NCBI RefSeq assembly: GCF_963921235.1
Contig: NC_086097.1
Location: 180,918,001 to 180,982,000, forward strand
Reading direction: 5' to 3'
Length of the DNA: 64,000 bases
From: Mobula hypostoma
Taxonomy: Eukaryota
The notes under the pieces were generated by a model. The model ran no database searches, was not told the origin of the DNA, and saw nothing but the letters and a program-made list of their open reading frames with translations. Numbering within the stretch: position 1 is the stretch's first letter; each line of letters begins with the position of its first letter. Position numbers and translations under genes: made by a program. Below are positions 1-12,929 of this stretch, in pieces.

Positions 1-89
1 ACAGACTTGTAGAACATCCTCAGCCTCGTCCGGCAGATGTTAAAGGACCTCAGTCTCCTCAAGAAATAGAGACGTCTCTGATCCTTCTT

Positions 90-1265
90 AAACAACAGGA
101 ATTCTGCAGATGCTGGAAATTCAAGCAACATACATCAAAGTTGCTGGTGAACGCAGCAGGCCAAGCAGCATCTATAGGAAGAGGCGCAGTCGACGTTTCA
201 GGCCGAGACCCTTCGTCAGGACTAACTGAAGGAAGAGTGAGTAAGGGATTTGAAAGCTGGAGGGGGAGGGGGAGATGCAAAATGATAGGAGAAGGCAGGA
301 GGGGGAGGGATAGAGCCGAGAGCTGGACAGGTGATAGGCAAAAGGGGATACGAGAGGATCATGGGACAGGAGGCCTAGGGAGAAAGACGGGGGGGGGGTG
401 ACCCAGAGGATGGGCAAGAGGTATATTCAGAGGGACAGAGGGAGAAAAAGGAGAGTGAGAGAAAGAATGTGTGCATAAAAAGGAGTAACAGCTGGGGTAC
501 GAGGGGGAGGTGGGGCCTAGCGGAAGTTAGAGAAGTCAATGTTCATGCCATCAGGTTGGAGGCTACCCAGACGGAATATAAGGTGTTGTTCCTCCAACCT
601 GAGTGTGGCTTCATCTTTACAGTAGAGGAGGCCGTGGATAGACATGTCAGAATGGGAATGGGATGTGGAATTAAAATGTGTGGCCACTGGGAGATCCTGC
701 TTTCTCTGGCGGACAGAGCGTAGATGTTCAGCAAAGCGGTCTCCCAGTCCGCGTCGGGTCTCACCAATATATAAAAGGCCACATCGGGAGCACCGGACGC
801 AGTATATCACCCCAGTCGACTCACAGGTGAAGTGATGCCTCACCTGGAAGGACTGTTTGGGGCCCTGAATGGTGGTAAGGGAGGAAGTGTAAGGGCATGT
901 GTAGCACTTGTTCCGCTTACACGGATAAGTGCCAGGAGGGAGAGCAGTGGGGAGGGATGGGGGGGACGAATGGACAAGGGAGTTGTGTAGGGAGCGATCC
1001 CTGCGGAATGCAGAGAGAGGGGGGGAGGGAAAGATGTGCTTAGTGGTGGGATCCTGTTGGAGGTGGCGGAAGTTACGGAGAATAATATGTTGGACCCGGA
1101 GGCTGGTGGGGTGGTAGGTGAGGACCAGGGGAACCCTATTCCTAGTGGGGTGGTGGGAGGATGGAGTGAGAGCAGATGTACGTGAAATGGAGGAGATGCG
1201 TTTAAGAGCAGAGTTGATAGTGGAGGAAGGGAAGCCCCTTTCTTTAAAAAATGAAAAATAAAAAA
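90..1265 (-). mobile_element. Penelope-like element 3' part (GIY-YIG endonuclease and 3' repeat with hammerhead), young copy
   Basis: VIYCVRCSRCGLLYIGETRRGLGDRFAEH...GMNIDFSNFR; 11-bp TSD tgatccttctt at 79-89 and 1266-1276, inside a Rex1/Babar fragment. Confidence 0.9.
188..223 (-). ncRNA. Minimal type I hammerhead ribozyme
   Basis: Minus strand: AGTC CTGACGA AGGGTCTCGGCCT GAAAC GTC GACT. Confidence 0.75.
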
Positions 1266-1352
1266 TGATCCTTCTTGTAGGCAGCCTCAGTGTTCTTAGA
1301 CCAGTCCAGTTTATTGTCAGTTCGTATCCCCAGGTATTTGTAATCCTCCACC

Positions 1353-1979
1353 ATCCTTTCACCAAGGTAAACAGAAATTCCTCTTCCCATTCTGGATGGA
1401 ATTTGTACGTCTTCACCTTCTTTCGTGAAGCCTCCGCCATACTATCAGGATATCACGAACGATTGCCGATTGAGTCGCCTCTGATCTGGGCTGACATTTA
1501 CGTGCCGGGCGGCACCTAATTAATTAGCTGATTTATTTCGGCTTTTTTCTTAAAGGTGTGCTGGGTGCATTCCAACTACCGCTGCATTCTTCGCAGCAAT
1601 GTATCGGTCCGCGGCCCGGAGGTTGGGGACCACTGCTGTATATTGATGTTTGCGACAGTCTGTACTCTTATCTAATCTAATCGGTCACTTTGATGCAGCA
1701 CAAGCTACGCTGAAAACACGGTATATGGTGGGGGAGCTACACACATGCGCACTGGGCAGAAAGAATGGAACTAAAACCCCGCAACCCGGAAACAATCTCT
1801 CTTTACAAACAGCTTTCAGTACCAAAAGTATTGCTATATTACCATTATCCTAATTAGGATTACTTATTTTTATAATGCTCATATTACAACAATATTTGTG
1901 TATTTATTTTTAATTTTTTTTCCGGCATCAACTGGGAAAGATCCACTGGTCGATCACGATCGACAGGTTGGTGACCACT
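1353..1979 (-). mobile_element. hAT left end with a transposase start (GTF2IRD2/Buster-like), truncated
   Basis: TIR TAGTGGTCACCAACC; MAEASRKKVKTYKFHPEWEEEFLFT; second copy at about 32205-32716. Confidence 0.7.
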
Positions 1980-4149
1980 ACTGCATGGGATAATATACAA
2001 GAGAAGTAAAAGGCAGTGATAGAACATACTAAATTCTAACATGTCCAACTGAGTGGATGCGGGATGATATTTCACCTTGCTAACTCTGGAACTCGGAATC
2101 AGCTTCAAAATAAAGGCTGGTCTTTTGGGATGTAATGAGGGGAAATTTCAAACTGCTTTGAACATTTGGAATTTCGCACACCAATTCCAACAGGTTCAAT
2201 CACTGGGCTCACTTAGAACAAAGATTAATTTGATTTCTGAATATCAGAGAAATTGAGAAATGAGGATGGGGCAGAACAGTATCAAAGGTAGGAAACAAAC
2301 ATAATCTAGAATGGCAGAGTAGTTAAAGAGAACTGAATTTCCCACAACTTACTTGTGAGACGGAGGATTAAACTACAAATGGTTGCCAGGAAGAAATGTA
2401 AGCCTCTATTTGTGAACTTGCTCAAACTGAAATTAATAAGGCTGACTCTAGTTTTTCCCTACAATAGAAAGGAAGGCTCACCCCAAGTAGGGCACCAGAG
2501 GCTCACATAGAGATTAAGGGGTCCATCAAACAGTCATTGAAAGATATTATAGAAACAGGACCTTCAGCTCATCAAGTCTATGCCACATTGCAAACAACCA
2601 AGGGAAGTTCAGCTCAAACTGGAGAGTTCTGACTTCAACAACAGGTGAGCTCTGAGACTGCATCAGACTGCAGAGTTCAAGATATCAATTTCAACACATT
2701 TATCTCAACTAAGGAAAAACAGTAAGCCCTGAGGATCTGTTTGCACTGAAGCAAAATAAATCATAACTACAGCCACCTGTTTTTTTTTTAAAAAGGATGA
2801 ATAATACTGAATGCCATTGTGCTGATGTGTCTGAGAAGTATCTAGAGAATGCAAGGCCAAAGAAATACAAAAATGCCAATGTCATAGTAATTACATCTTA
2901 ACCTGACAGTTATGTGATGCTCACTGCATGACAAGTATTTTTTTTAAATCTAATTTATCTGTTTGGTATATTTGGAATAAGGAAATACATTTTTTTGTGT
3001 TGAAGACAAGACAAATTCTGATTATGATCCCAGTTAAGCAACTGGTTTCTACTAGAGGGTCAAAAATTGCCCTGGTTTAAATTTAATGATAACATGGCAA
3101 AAAATCATTGACAACAAAATAGAAAATGCCAAGGATATTCAGCAGCCCAAGCAGCCTCTGGGAGAAAAAGAGAATTTATGTTTCATATTGGTCAACTGCC
3201 AGTTTCTTCAAGTATTGCCAGTTTTTTTTTCCTCCCAGGCACAGTATTTTTCCAGAATGCAAGCTTTACTTTGAAGATCTAGGTGCTGAGCACCATTCCC
3301 TGCAGTGCACCCGGAGTCCATACTTAAATAAGGCAACTGGTGAAGGTATGAAGTGCAAGCTGTCAAGGTGGATTAGGAGACTTTGTAAAAAGGATAGGCA
3401 TGGCAAAGTTTACAAGTCATATCCATTTCTCTAAGACATCCAATGGTTAAAGTGATCCAGTTACAACAGTCAGAAGTTAAAAACATTACAATAGATCAAA
3501 GGAAGAAGCTTCTAAACTTCCAAAATTTGCATGCTTGAGTTCAGAAATCTTCAGTTCAAAGGAGCACCAAAACATAAAAGTAATTGAAAGAAAAACATGG
3601 AGTCAGAAATAAAGGGTCTACTTTGTTCTTACTTTAGTGAGGCACACACTTATGACATGGTGGCGTAATGACATATGCCATTCATGTACAAATGTATATT
3701 TACATATAACCCATAAATAGTGAGATTAAAAATTGTGCAAAACAGAAATAATATAAAAAAGTGAGGTAGTGTTCATGGGTTCAAAGTCCATTGCCCAGGT
3801 GATCTAAGGCCATGTGATGAACCATTGAGAATGTGCAACTGTAGACCTATTGTGGTGATGGGCAAATTGCAGTGGGTCCAGGTCTGTGCTGAGGCAGAAG
3901 TTCATTCTAGCCATGACCAACCTCTCAAAGCATTTCATCACCAGAGATGCGAGGGCTGCTGGGTGATCGTCACTAAGGCAGCTCACACTACTCAATCAAA
4001 TACATTTACAATATTACTGAAATATCTAATTCAATATAGAACGCATCTGAACTTATATACACACAGTACACTATATAATACAACTATATAGACATCAACA
4101 GCATAGAAAATTTTAAATTGTCCCACTCAGGTATAAGGATTTAATCAGA

Positions 4150-6320
4150 CACAAGTCAGTCTGCAGATGCTGGAAATCAAAAGCAATACACACAAAATGC
4201 TGTAAGAATTCATTGGGTCAGACAGCATCTATGGAAGTGAATAAACAGTCGACATTTCGGGCCAAGTCCCTTCTTCAGGAATAAGAAGGAAGGGGAAAGG
4301 TGCCAGAATAAAAAGGTGGGGCAGAGGGGATAGAGGTTAGATGGAGGGTGATAGTTGAATCCAGGTGGGTGGGAAAGGTCGGGGGGGTTGTGGAAGAGAA
4401 TAACCCAGGGAAAGTAATAGGCAAGTAAGAAGTAAAAGGTCACAGTGTGGTAGAAAGTAAGGGGGTGGGGGAAGGAATTTGTTTACCAGAAGGAGAAATC
4501 AATATTCATGCCATCAGGTTGGAGGGTACTAATTACAAGGTGCTTCACCACCCTGAAGGTGGCCTCATCTTGGTACAAGAGGCGGCCATGGGCTTGCACG
4601 TTGGAACAAAAATGGGAATGGGAATTAAAATGTTTGGCCACCGGGAAGTTCCCGCTTGAGGTGGATGGCAGATACTGCAAGCGGCTTAAATGCTACGCCT
4701 TCCCATATACTTCCTTCCTCACCTCCATTCAGGACCCAAACAATCCTTCCAGGGGAGGCAACACTTCACCTGCAAATCTGCTGGAGTCATTCAATGTGTC
4801 CAGCGCTCCCGATGCAGCCTCCTCTACATTGGTAAGGCCTGTCATAAACCGGGGGACAGCTTCTTGAGCGTTTCCACACCATCAACCACTTCCCAATGCC
4901 CAAACATTTTAATTCCCACTCCAAGATCCCTGCTATGCCTGCTTGTTTGTAGGCTACGTGGAACAGTATATGTTCCAAGCCCACACTGGTGACCGTCCAA
5001 CACTTTTCCTACGCTAAATCGACGACTGCATTGTTGCTGCTTCCTGAACCCATGCTGAACTCATCAACTTCATCCACTTCGTCTCCAGCTTCCACCCTGC
5101 CCTCAAATTTACCTGGTGCATTTCTGACACCTCCCTCCCCTTTCTCAATCTCACATCTCTATCTCCGGAGGCAGCTTATTCACTGATGTCTATTATAAAC
5201 CCACAGACTCTCACAGCTACCTGGACAATACCTCTTCCCACCCTTTTACTTGCAAAAACATCCCTTCTCTCAATTCCTCCGTTTCTGCTGCATCTGCTCT
5301 CAGGATGAGGCTTCTCATTCTAGAACAAAGGAAATGTCCCTCCTTTTTCTCTTTGAAAGGGCTTCCTTTCCTCCACCATCAACGATGCCCTCAACTGCAT
5401 CACTTCCATTTTACATACGTCTGCTCTTATCCCATCCTCCCACCACCCTACCAGGGATAGGGTTCCTCCTGTCCTCACCTACCACCCTCCACATCCGGCA
5501 CATAATTTTCCAAAACTTCCGCCATTTCCAAAAGCATCCCACCACTAAACACATCTTTCCCTCTAACTTTCTGCTTTCTGCAGGGATTGCTCCCTACATG
5601 ACTCCCTTGTCCATTCATGCCTCCTCAGTGATCTCCCACCTGTTACTTATCATAGCAAGTGGAACAAGTGCTACACCTGGCCATATACAGTCCTTCCAGG
5701 TGAGGCAACACTTCACCGTCTGGCGTTCCCAGTGTGGCCTCCTGTATATTGGCAAGATCCGACATAGATTGGGAGACCGCTTCATTGAGCACCTATGTGT
5801 CATCTGCCAGAACAAGCGGGATCTCCCAGTGGCCACCCATTTTCATTCCACTTCTCACTCTGATATGTCCATCCATGGCCTCCTCCACTGTCGTGATGAG
5901 GCCACACTTAGGCTGGAGGAACAACACCTTACATTCTGTTTGGGTAGCCTCCAGCCTGATGACATGAACATTGATTTCTCAAACTTCTGGTAATGCCCCC
6001 CCCCCCACCATTTCTTATCCCCCTTTTCCTCTCACTTTATCTCCTTGTCTGCCCATCAGCTCCCTCTGGTGCTCCTCCTCCTTTTCATCCATGGTCTTCT
6101 GTCTCTTTCACCAATTAACTTCCCAGCTCTTTACTTCATCCCTCCCCCTTCAGGTTTCACCTACCACCTTGTGTTTCGCTCCCCTCCCCAACCTTTTAAA
6201 TCTACACTTCAGCCTTTTGTTTTCCAGTCCTGCTGAAGGGTTTTGGCCCAAAACATAAGATTGTACTCTTTTCCATAGATGCCGCCTTACCCGCTGAGTT
6301 CCTCCAGCATTTTGTGTGAT
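4150..6320. mobile_element. Degenerate Penelope-like pieces in inverted arrangement (minus about 4150-4670; plus about 4680-6320)
   Basis: GIY-YIG C-termini ...MNIDFSFW (minus) and ...MNIDFSNFW (plus); RT C-terminal remnant FSQFLRFCCICSQDE. Confidence 0.8.
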
Positions 6321-6859
6321 GATACTACTTTTGGCCAGGAAGTCCAAGTAAAGCGAAGGAAAAAATTCCATCAACTCAAGAGTGATGACTCTTTGGACTT
6401 CTCTTCAAGGTGGATAGTTGCTGAGTGCATTTCAAGACAGATTGGTTCCCTTCATATCCAAAATCCTACCAAAGTACACAGGCTTTGCAGGAAACTGGCA
6501 CCCAAAATAAAAGATCTTGCACAACCTGATGAATGGCAAAACAGACAGAAAGAATCTAAATAGCCTACCTCCTGTTTATTTTTTAAAAAGTTCTTTTATG
6601 ATATGTTAAATGTCAAAGGTGTGCATACATTTTTGGTTCTGAAACCAAAACTTGATTGATGAAGAGATGTTTGGGTTAGACTGATTTACACAAATCTTTA
6701 ACATTCAAACAGTGCAATGTATCCTCTGACACCCATTAAATAAACAAAAGGAAATTTGTTTTTCCCTTGTGTCTGCATTGGAATGCAAGTATTAAATGAT
6801 CAGCATCACCTGAAGCTTTTAACACCTTAGATTAACAGCATTCATTTCTTAAATATAAG

Positions 6860-7835
6860 AGGTCTGGAAATCCAGAGCAAAACACAGGAAATGCTAGAGA
6901 ACTCAGTAGGTCAGGCAACGTCTATGAACATGAATAAACAGTTAATGTTTCAGGCTGAGACCCTTTGTCAGGACTGGAAAGGGTGGAAGGGGTGGGAATA
7001 CCAGAATAAGGTGGTGCAGGGAAGGGAAAGAGGACAAACTAGGTGATAGATGAAACTCCGTGGGAAAGGTAAAGGACTATGTTACGTTTTGTATCTCCAA
7101 ACCATAACAACTAATTAAAAGAAAAAAAAACAAAGCTGGGAGATAATTCATTTTTACTTTAAGTGATGTGCACACGTATTAAGTGGTAGTGTATTGACAT
7201 ATGCCATGTATATACTTTTACATAAAACCTGGAATGATTTGAACAACAAAAAATGCTTAAACAATATTACTCAAATATTACTGAACTATTAAATACACAA
7301 TGGGCTGGAGAAGAAGGAATATGGTAGGAGAGGAGAGTGGATCATGGGAGAAAGAGAAGGAGGGGCACCGGGGGGAGGTGATAGGCAGGTGAGGAAGAGA
7401 GGTAAGAGTTAAGAGTAGGGAAGAAAAGATGAGACAAGGGTGAAGGAAAAAAATTTAGTAAGGAGAAATCAATGCTCATGCCATCAGGTTGGAGGCTACC
7501 TAGATGAAGTAAATGGTGCTGCTCCTCCACCCTGAGAGTAGCCTTATTGTAGTAGAAGAGGTGGCCGGGGACCAACATATCAGAACAGGAAGGAAGGGGA
7601 TACGAACTAAAATGGCTGGCCGCTGGGAAATTCTGCTTTGGGCAATAGAGCGAAGTTACTCAATAAAGCGGCCTCCCAATTTACATCGGACTCACCAGCA
7701 TACAGAAAGCCGCATTGGGAGCACTGGATACAACAGACAACCCCAACAGATTCGCAGGTGAAATGTTGCCTCACCTTAAAGGACTGCTTGGGGCCCTGAA
7801 TGGAAGTGAGGGAGGAGATGAATAGGCAGGTTTAG
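6860..7835 (-). mobile_element. Degenerate Penelope-like 3' fragment with an internal insertion
   Basis: LRVEEQHHLLHLGSLQPDGMSIDFS; 3' repeat homologous to the other copies. Confidence 0.75.
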
Positions 7836-8260
7836 TAGCATTTAAGGGGAACTTCTTCAGTCAGAATTGTGCAAGTGTAAAATGAGCTGCAAGCAGAAGT
7901 GGTGGATGGGGGTTCGATTGCAATATTTAAGAAAAACGGGTAGGTACTGTACATGGATGCGGGTAGGTATGGAGAGAGAGCTCGACAAGGATTAGATTGG
8001 CTGAAGTGCCTGTTTCTGAGCTGTAATGTTCCATGACTAAGTCAACCTTGTAAAATCCTCACATCTGTATTTCAGAACTCATTTCACTAAAGCAGCCAAC
8101 ATAATAAAGGACCACCCACTCGAGATATTCCCTTTTCGCCCTGCCCCTCTTAGAATAGGCAGAAGATGTGAAAGCCTGAAAGCATGTACCACCAAACTCA
8201 AAGGAAGTTGTTATAATAGAACCGTCCCAGAGTATGATAAAATGGAACAAACACACACAC

Positions 8261-8380
8261 CTTATCACTGATTACTTTCTCAGTCAGCCCAGAAGCCATC
8301 ATCTTCTGCAGGGTTTTCTCTTTGCTCTGTGCTTGCCTTGCCAATTTAGCGCTGCCATGCCCAAAACGTGCAATGTAGTT
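8261..8380 (-). CDS. ABCF2: ABCF2 coding exon 8; the gene continues beyond the left edge of the window
   Basis: ttattccccag|[40 protein letters not shown]|gtgtgt; 120 nt, phase 0. No second-ABC-domain exon was recognised in 1-8260. Confidence 0.96.
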
Positions 8381-9090
8381 CTGGGGAATAAAAGGCAAAA
8401 TAGAACCAAACAGGTCAGTGGGAAACAGCCCATCAAAACTCCAAGCAGCAATATCAGCAATGTGACACACTGGACATTAAGCACCTCATGCATGTTAAAT
8501 TTCTAAGAGGAAAATACAAATTAACAGTAATATTTTTAAGCAGGGAAGCACAGTCAAAGATAGTTATGCAGTTTTCTGTGCTTGAGTCATTAATAAGTGT
8601 AATTTATGACAGCTTGAGGAATACACCAGAATTAGCAACTGAAGAAGAGAACATGATAGTTTTAAGGCAAGAGGTAAAGGAATACAGAACTGGGCAATTA
8701 AATGGAAGAAAGCTAAATCCAACTTGTGCATTTTCTGAATGACTTTAGAAACTAATTGAAACCAGATTTGTTATTTAATTTTAAAAAACACCAACTGCTG
8801 GAGGAATTCAGCAGGTTGAACAGCATCTGTGGTTGGAGGGAGTTGAAATCCTGTATCAAGGCTCAGGCTCAACTCCTAATACAGTGTCTTTAGCGAAAAC
8901 ACTGGTACACCTCCATGCACTCAATCCCCACCACCCAGATGCTGCTGAAAACATCCAGCTCCTCTTGCAGTTATTTTTTGCTTCAAACTCCAACATCTAC
9001 AGTCATGTCTCTTGTTATTTAGTTTGATCTTCTCCACTTCAAAAGTGTTAGAACCTCTGTACATTCCCACCTCTCCTTACACATACTCAC

Positions 9091-9186
9091 CTTCATATGC
9101 GTAATTTGATCTTGCTCCCAATTAAATCGTTTCATCTGGTTCTCTTCCAGTTCTAATCTGGTCTTTACATACTGGTCATAGTTGCC
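9091..9186 (-). CDS. ABCF2: ABCF2 coding exon 7 (inter-ABC linker)
   Basis: ttttgtttcag|[32 protein letters not shown]|gtgagt; 96 nt, phase 0. Confidence 0.96.
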
Positions 9187-9816
9187 CTGAAACAAAAGCA
9201 CACACAACAATGCAAATGCAATATCAACATTTTTCTACTTGCATTACGGGAGCAACTTCGCCTTATTAAAACAACATTTAAGAGGCATTTAGACAAGCAC
9301 GTAAGCAGGCAAGTCAAGGGATAGCAACCACTTGCAGGTAGATGTGCAGTTAAAATGGTTTTATGGTCAGCAAAGACACCATGGTTCAAAGGGCTGGTCT
9401 CTGTTATACTGCAACAATTCAAGATAGCAGTTCAACTGCCTGGGACCAAATGGATGGCACGGTTGCCTCCATCTGAAAGTCGTGTGTTCACGCATCAGCT
9501 GGTGAGTTTCTTGCAATTGATTGTAATATTTGCAAACACTCAAACTTGCTGACAGAATCATCACTTCGGAAAAGAACTCTTTTTATTTCTGGCATCAGTG
9601 CTGACTCTCTTCATTGACTCAGCACCCACTCTCAGGGTAGATCAGCGTTGATTAGAAGCTGGGTAAAAGTTCCCACTACACTCTTCTCCCAACCAGAACA
9701 CCGAGAAAATACTTTAAATATTTATAGTCCCCACACCGGATGTCAGGGAGCAGAAGATGCTATCAGAACATATTAATGGAAAACATTAAACATGGGAAAC
9801 ATGGGAAACTACTCAC

Positions 9817-9919
9817 TGTGTAGTACTTGAGCTTTCGATTATGCATATGAATAATATTGTTGCAAACTCCATTCAAAAAATCCTGGGAATGAGATATCAG
9901 CACGAGAATCCTTGAGAAC
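9817..9919 (-). CDS. ABCF2: ABCF2 coding exon 6 (H-switch ISHSQDFL)
   Basis: atcttcag|G TTC TCA AGG...[34 protein letters not shown]|gtgagt; 103 nt, phase 2 to 0. Confidence 0.96.
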
Positions 9920-11684
9920 CTGAAGATAAAAACAAGCCACCAACATTTCATTAGAAATTTTTGTTAATACTTTCCCCGAACTCCCAACAACTAAGAATTC
10001 ACACACCCAACACCAACCTTTCCTGCTTCCACTTTGACCAAGAACTAGGGACACAAAATAAAGAGTGTTCATGGCCTTATTTTTTCTTTTCTATTGGATC
10101 CTCAGAGCCCTCAATTCTTTCATCCTTCTAAAAACTAATCATCTGCTTCTCCTTAAATAGCTCCAATGTACCAGACTCCACAAACCTCCAGTGTAAGAAA
10201 ATTCCTAAAATTCACAATCCTTTGAGAAAGTTCTATGAGGCTCTATTTGGAGTGCCAACTCCATAATCTTGGAATCATGTTTACTGTTTTTAAGATTCGC
10301 CCTTGAGAGGGAAGACTGATATCATGCTCCCAAAGATCACTCCTCATAGTTCTCAACTCACTACAGGACAATTTTATTAAAATTAAACTAGTGAATGTCT
10401 CTTGGATTGCCTCCAATGCCAATATATACTGCATTTTCTTATGGGGACCAAAACTGTCTACAGTATTCCAGCTGTTTCCTCACTTGGACTCTACAATGAA
10501 ACTATACTTTGCATTTATAAAGTCAATCCCTTTTGCAATAAAGACAAATAAGCAAGCCTCCTTCCTAACCATTTGCTATACCTGCCAGCTTTTGCAGTTC
10601 ATGCATAATAGTATGTGAATGCTTCTGTACACTCATCAGAAATAGTTCTCCATTTAGACAATTGCCTACAGATTCTTACCAAAAATGCACAACCACCCAA
10701 ATTAAACTCCTTTTACCAAGTTTCTATCCATTTTATTGATATCCAGTTGCTCAATATCCTCATCATGTGTTCTTCTACTTATTTCTATGTCATTGGCAAA
10801 CTTTTGATACCTTACATATCATAAATACCAGACCCAAGAACTGATTGTTGGGACACTTCACTAATTTTCTACTCAACAACCAATCTTCAATCCATGCAAA
10901 CATACTCTTCCCCCACACCCAACAAGCTCACCTCTTGTGTACTAGCCTTTTGTAGCACCTTGTCATCTGCCTGCTAAAAAAAAATATCCTGAGCCCTACC
11001 TATTGCAACCTCAACCAGGGATACATTATGCATGACAGAATTGATGGCTTTGTAACCATGTCTAATAATAACAATAATAATAATAATAATAATGATGTAC
11101 TTTATTGATCCTGAGTGGGAAATTATTTCGATACAGCAGTAGCATTTAAAAACACACATAGCAAAAATAACAAGTGTAGAATAATAAATACACAATAATG
11201 TGTAAATGCAATTAATAATTTATAAAACAATAAAACAGACTACTGTACTATGATGTGTGTTCTCCTATCATACAGAGATGAACTGTTGTACATGCTTATT
11301 GCATTTGGTAGGGAAGATTATCTGTAACGTCCCTTGTGACAGCAGAGCTGAATGAGCCGGTTTAAAAGGGTGCTCCTCTGCTTATTCAGTAGGTCACGGA
11401 GAAGATGTGCCTGATTGTCCATAATGGATAACAGTTTGTTTAGTGACCCCTTCTCCACCACTAACTCAAAGAATCGGGTTTGTAGCCAAGGGTGGATCCA
11501 GCCTTTTTGATGAGTTTTGCATCATCTTTTTGCATCACCAACACCAATGCTGCTCCCCCAACATAACCCGCAAAGACTACTCGCTACAACAGACTGGTAA
11601 AAGATTTCCAACATCCTGCTGCACATGTTGAAGGATCTCAGCTTCCTTAGGAAATAGAGTCTGCTCATCCCTTTCTTAGAAACA

Positions 11685-12530
11685 GTCTATGATACAAAGA
11701 TAGCTAGAGGAGCAGGCAGTGTTGAGGAAGCACAGTCTGGAGAAGGACTGAGACAGATTAGGAGAATGGGCAAAGAAGTGGCAAATGAATAGGGTAAGAA
11801 AGTGTATGGTCATGAATACTTGGGCAAACTCTTTTCTAGATGCAAAGGGGACTTGGGTGTTCTAATGCAGGATTCCCTAAAGGCTAACTTGCCTTCCTTA
11901 CTACCAACTCAGCCTGTAAATGCAAAGCTACCATTCATTTCAAGAGGACTAGAAAATAAAAGCAAGGACGTAATCCTGAGATTTTAATGCACTGGTTAGA
12001 CCACATTTGGAGTAATGAGAGTTTTGAGCAGAAAGGATGCTACTGGTATTGGAGAGAGCCCAGAAGAGGCTCAGGAGAATGATCCTGGGAATGAAAGCCT
12101 TTGAGGAGCGTTTGATAGCTCTGGACCTGTACTTACTGGAGTTTATAAGAACGAGGGGGATCCCAATAAAACCTATTGAATCTTGAAAGGAACAGATAGA
12201 GTGGATATACAGAGGATGCTTCAAATAGCAGGAGAGCCTAGGCAGAGAGGACTCAACCTCAGAATACAAGGACGTCCCTTTAGAACACAGATGAAGAAAA
12301 GCTTCTTTAGCCAGAGTGGAGAGTATGTGACCACAGACAGATGTGGAGGCCAAGTCATAGGGTATATTTAAAGAGCAGCTGGATAGGTTCCTAATTAGTA
12401 AGGGTGCCAAAGGTTATGGGGAGAAGGCAGGAGAATGAGGTTGAGGGGGAAAATTAAATCAGCCATGATCCAATGGCTGAGAAAACTCGATGGGCTGAAT
12501 GGCCTAATTATTCTTCCGTCTTATGGTTTT
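11685..12530 (+). mobile_element. Old CR1 3' fragment
   Basis: Degenerate RT C-terminus (actggttagaccacatttggagta) and CR1 3' UTR (gatgggctgaatggcctaatt). Confidence 0.75.
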
Positions 12531-12929
12531 TATCGTGCTGACCATCCTTCTATGTCAATGTGACTGAGGTACTCATCTAGAGACTTTATTAAATGCTGTC
12601 AGCACCCCATTTCAACCACTTCGGGCAGTGTATTCCAAGTGTTCACCACCACTGAGTGAAAAAGCTCTTCGCCATTTCTCCTCTAAATCTCTTTCCTCTT
12701 ACCCCAAATCAATGTCCACTTGTTTTATCTACTTTTGATATGGGGAAAAGTTTCCTGAAGTCTTATCTATCTATACCCCTCATGATTATATACCATATTC
12801 ATGTCCACTCAATCTCTTCTGTTCCAGAGGACAGACTTTGCTTCTCTGGTTTCTACTCAAAAGCACTTTCCATCCCAAGAAACATCCTAATGAATCTCTT
12901 CTGTACCATCTAGTGCAATCATATCCTTC

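Noticed and set aside
517..1440. 307-aa ORF that looks like a novel fusion protein
   Set aside because: Chance read-through across three nested pieces (hAT transposase start, Rex1 fragment, Penelope GIY-YIG). The junctions match TSD and insertion boundaries.
6279..6563. Possible further exon, 94-aa ORF
   Set aside because: Wrong strand for ABCF2, no resemblance to the second ABC domain, and it starts inside a repeat.
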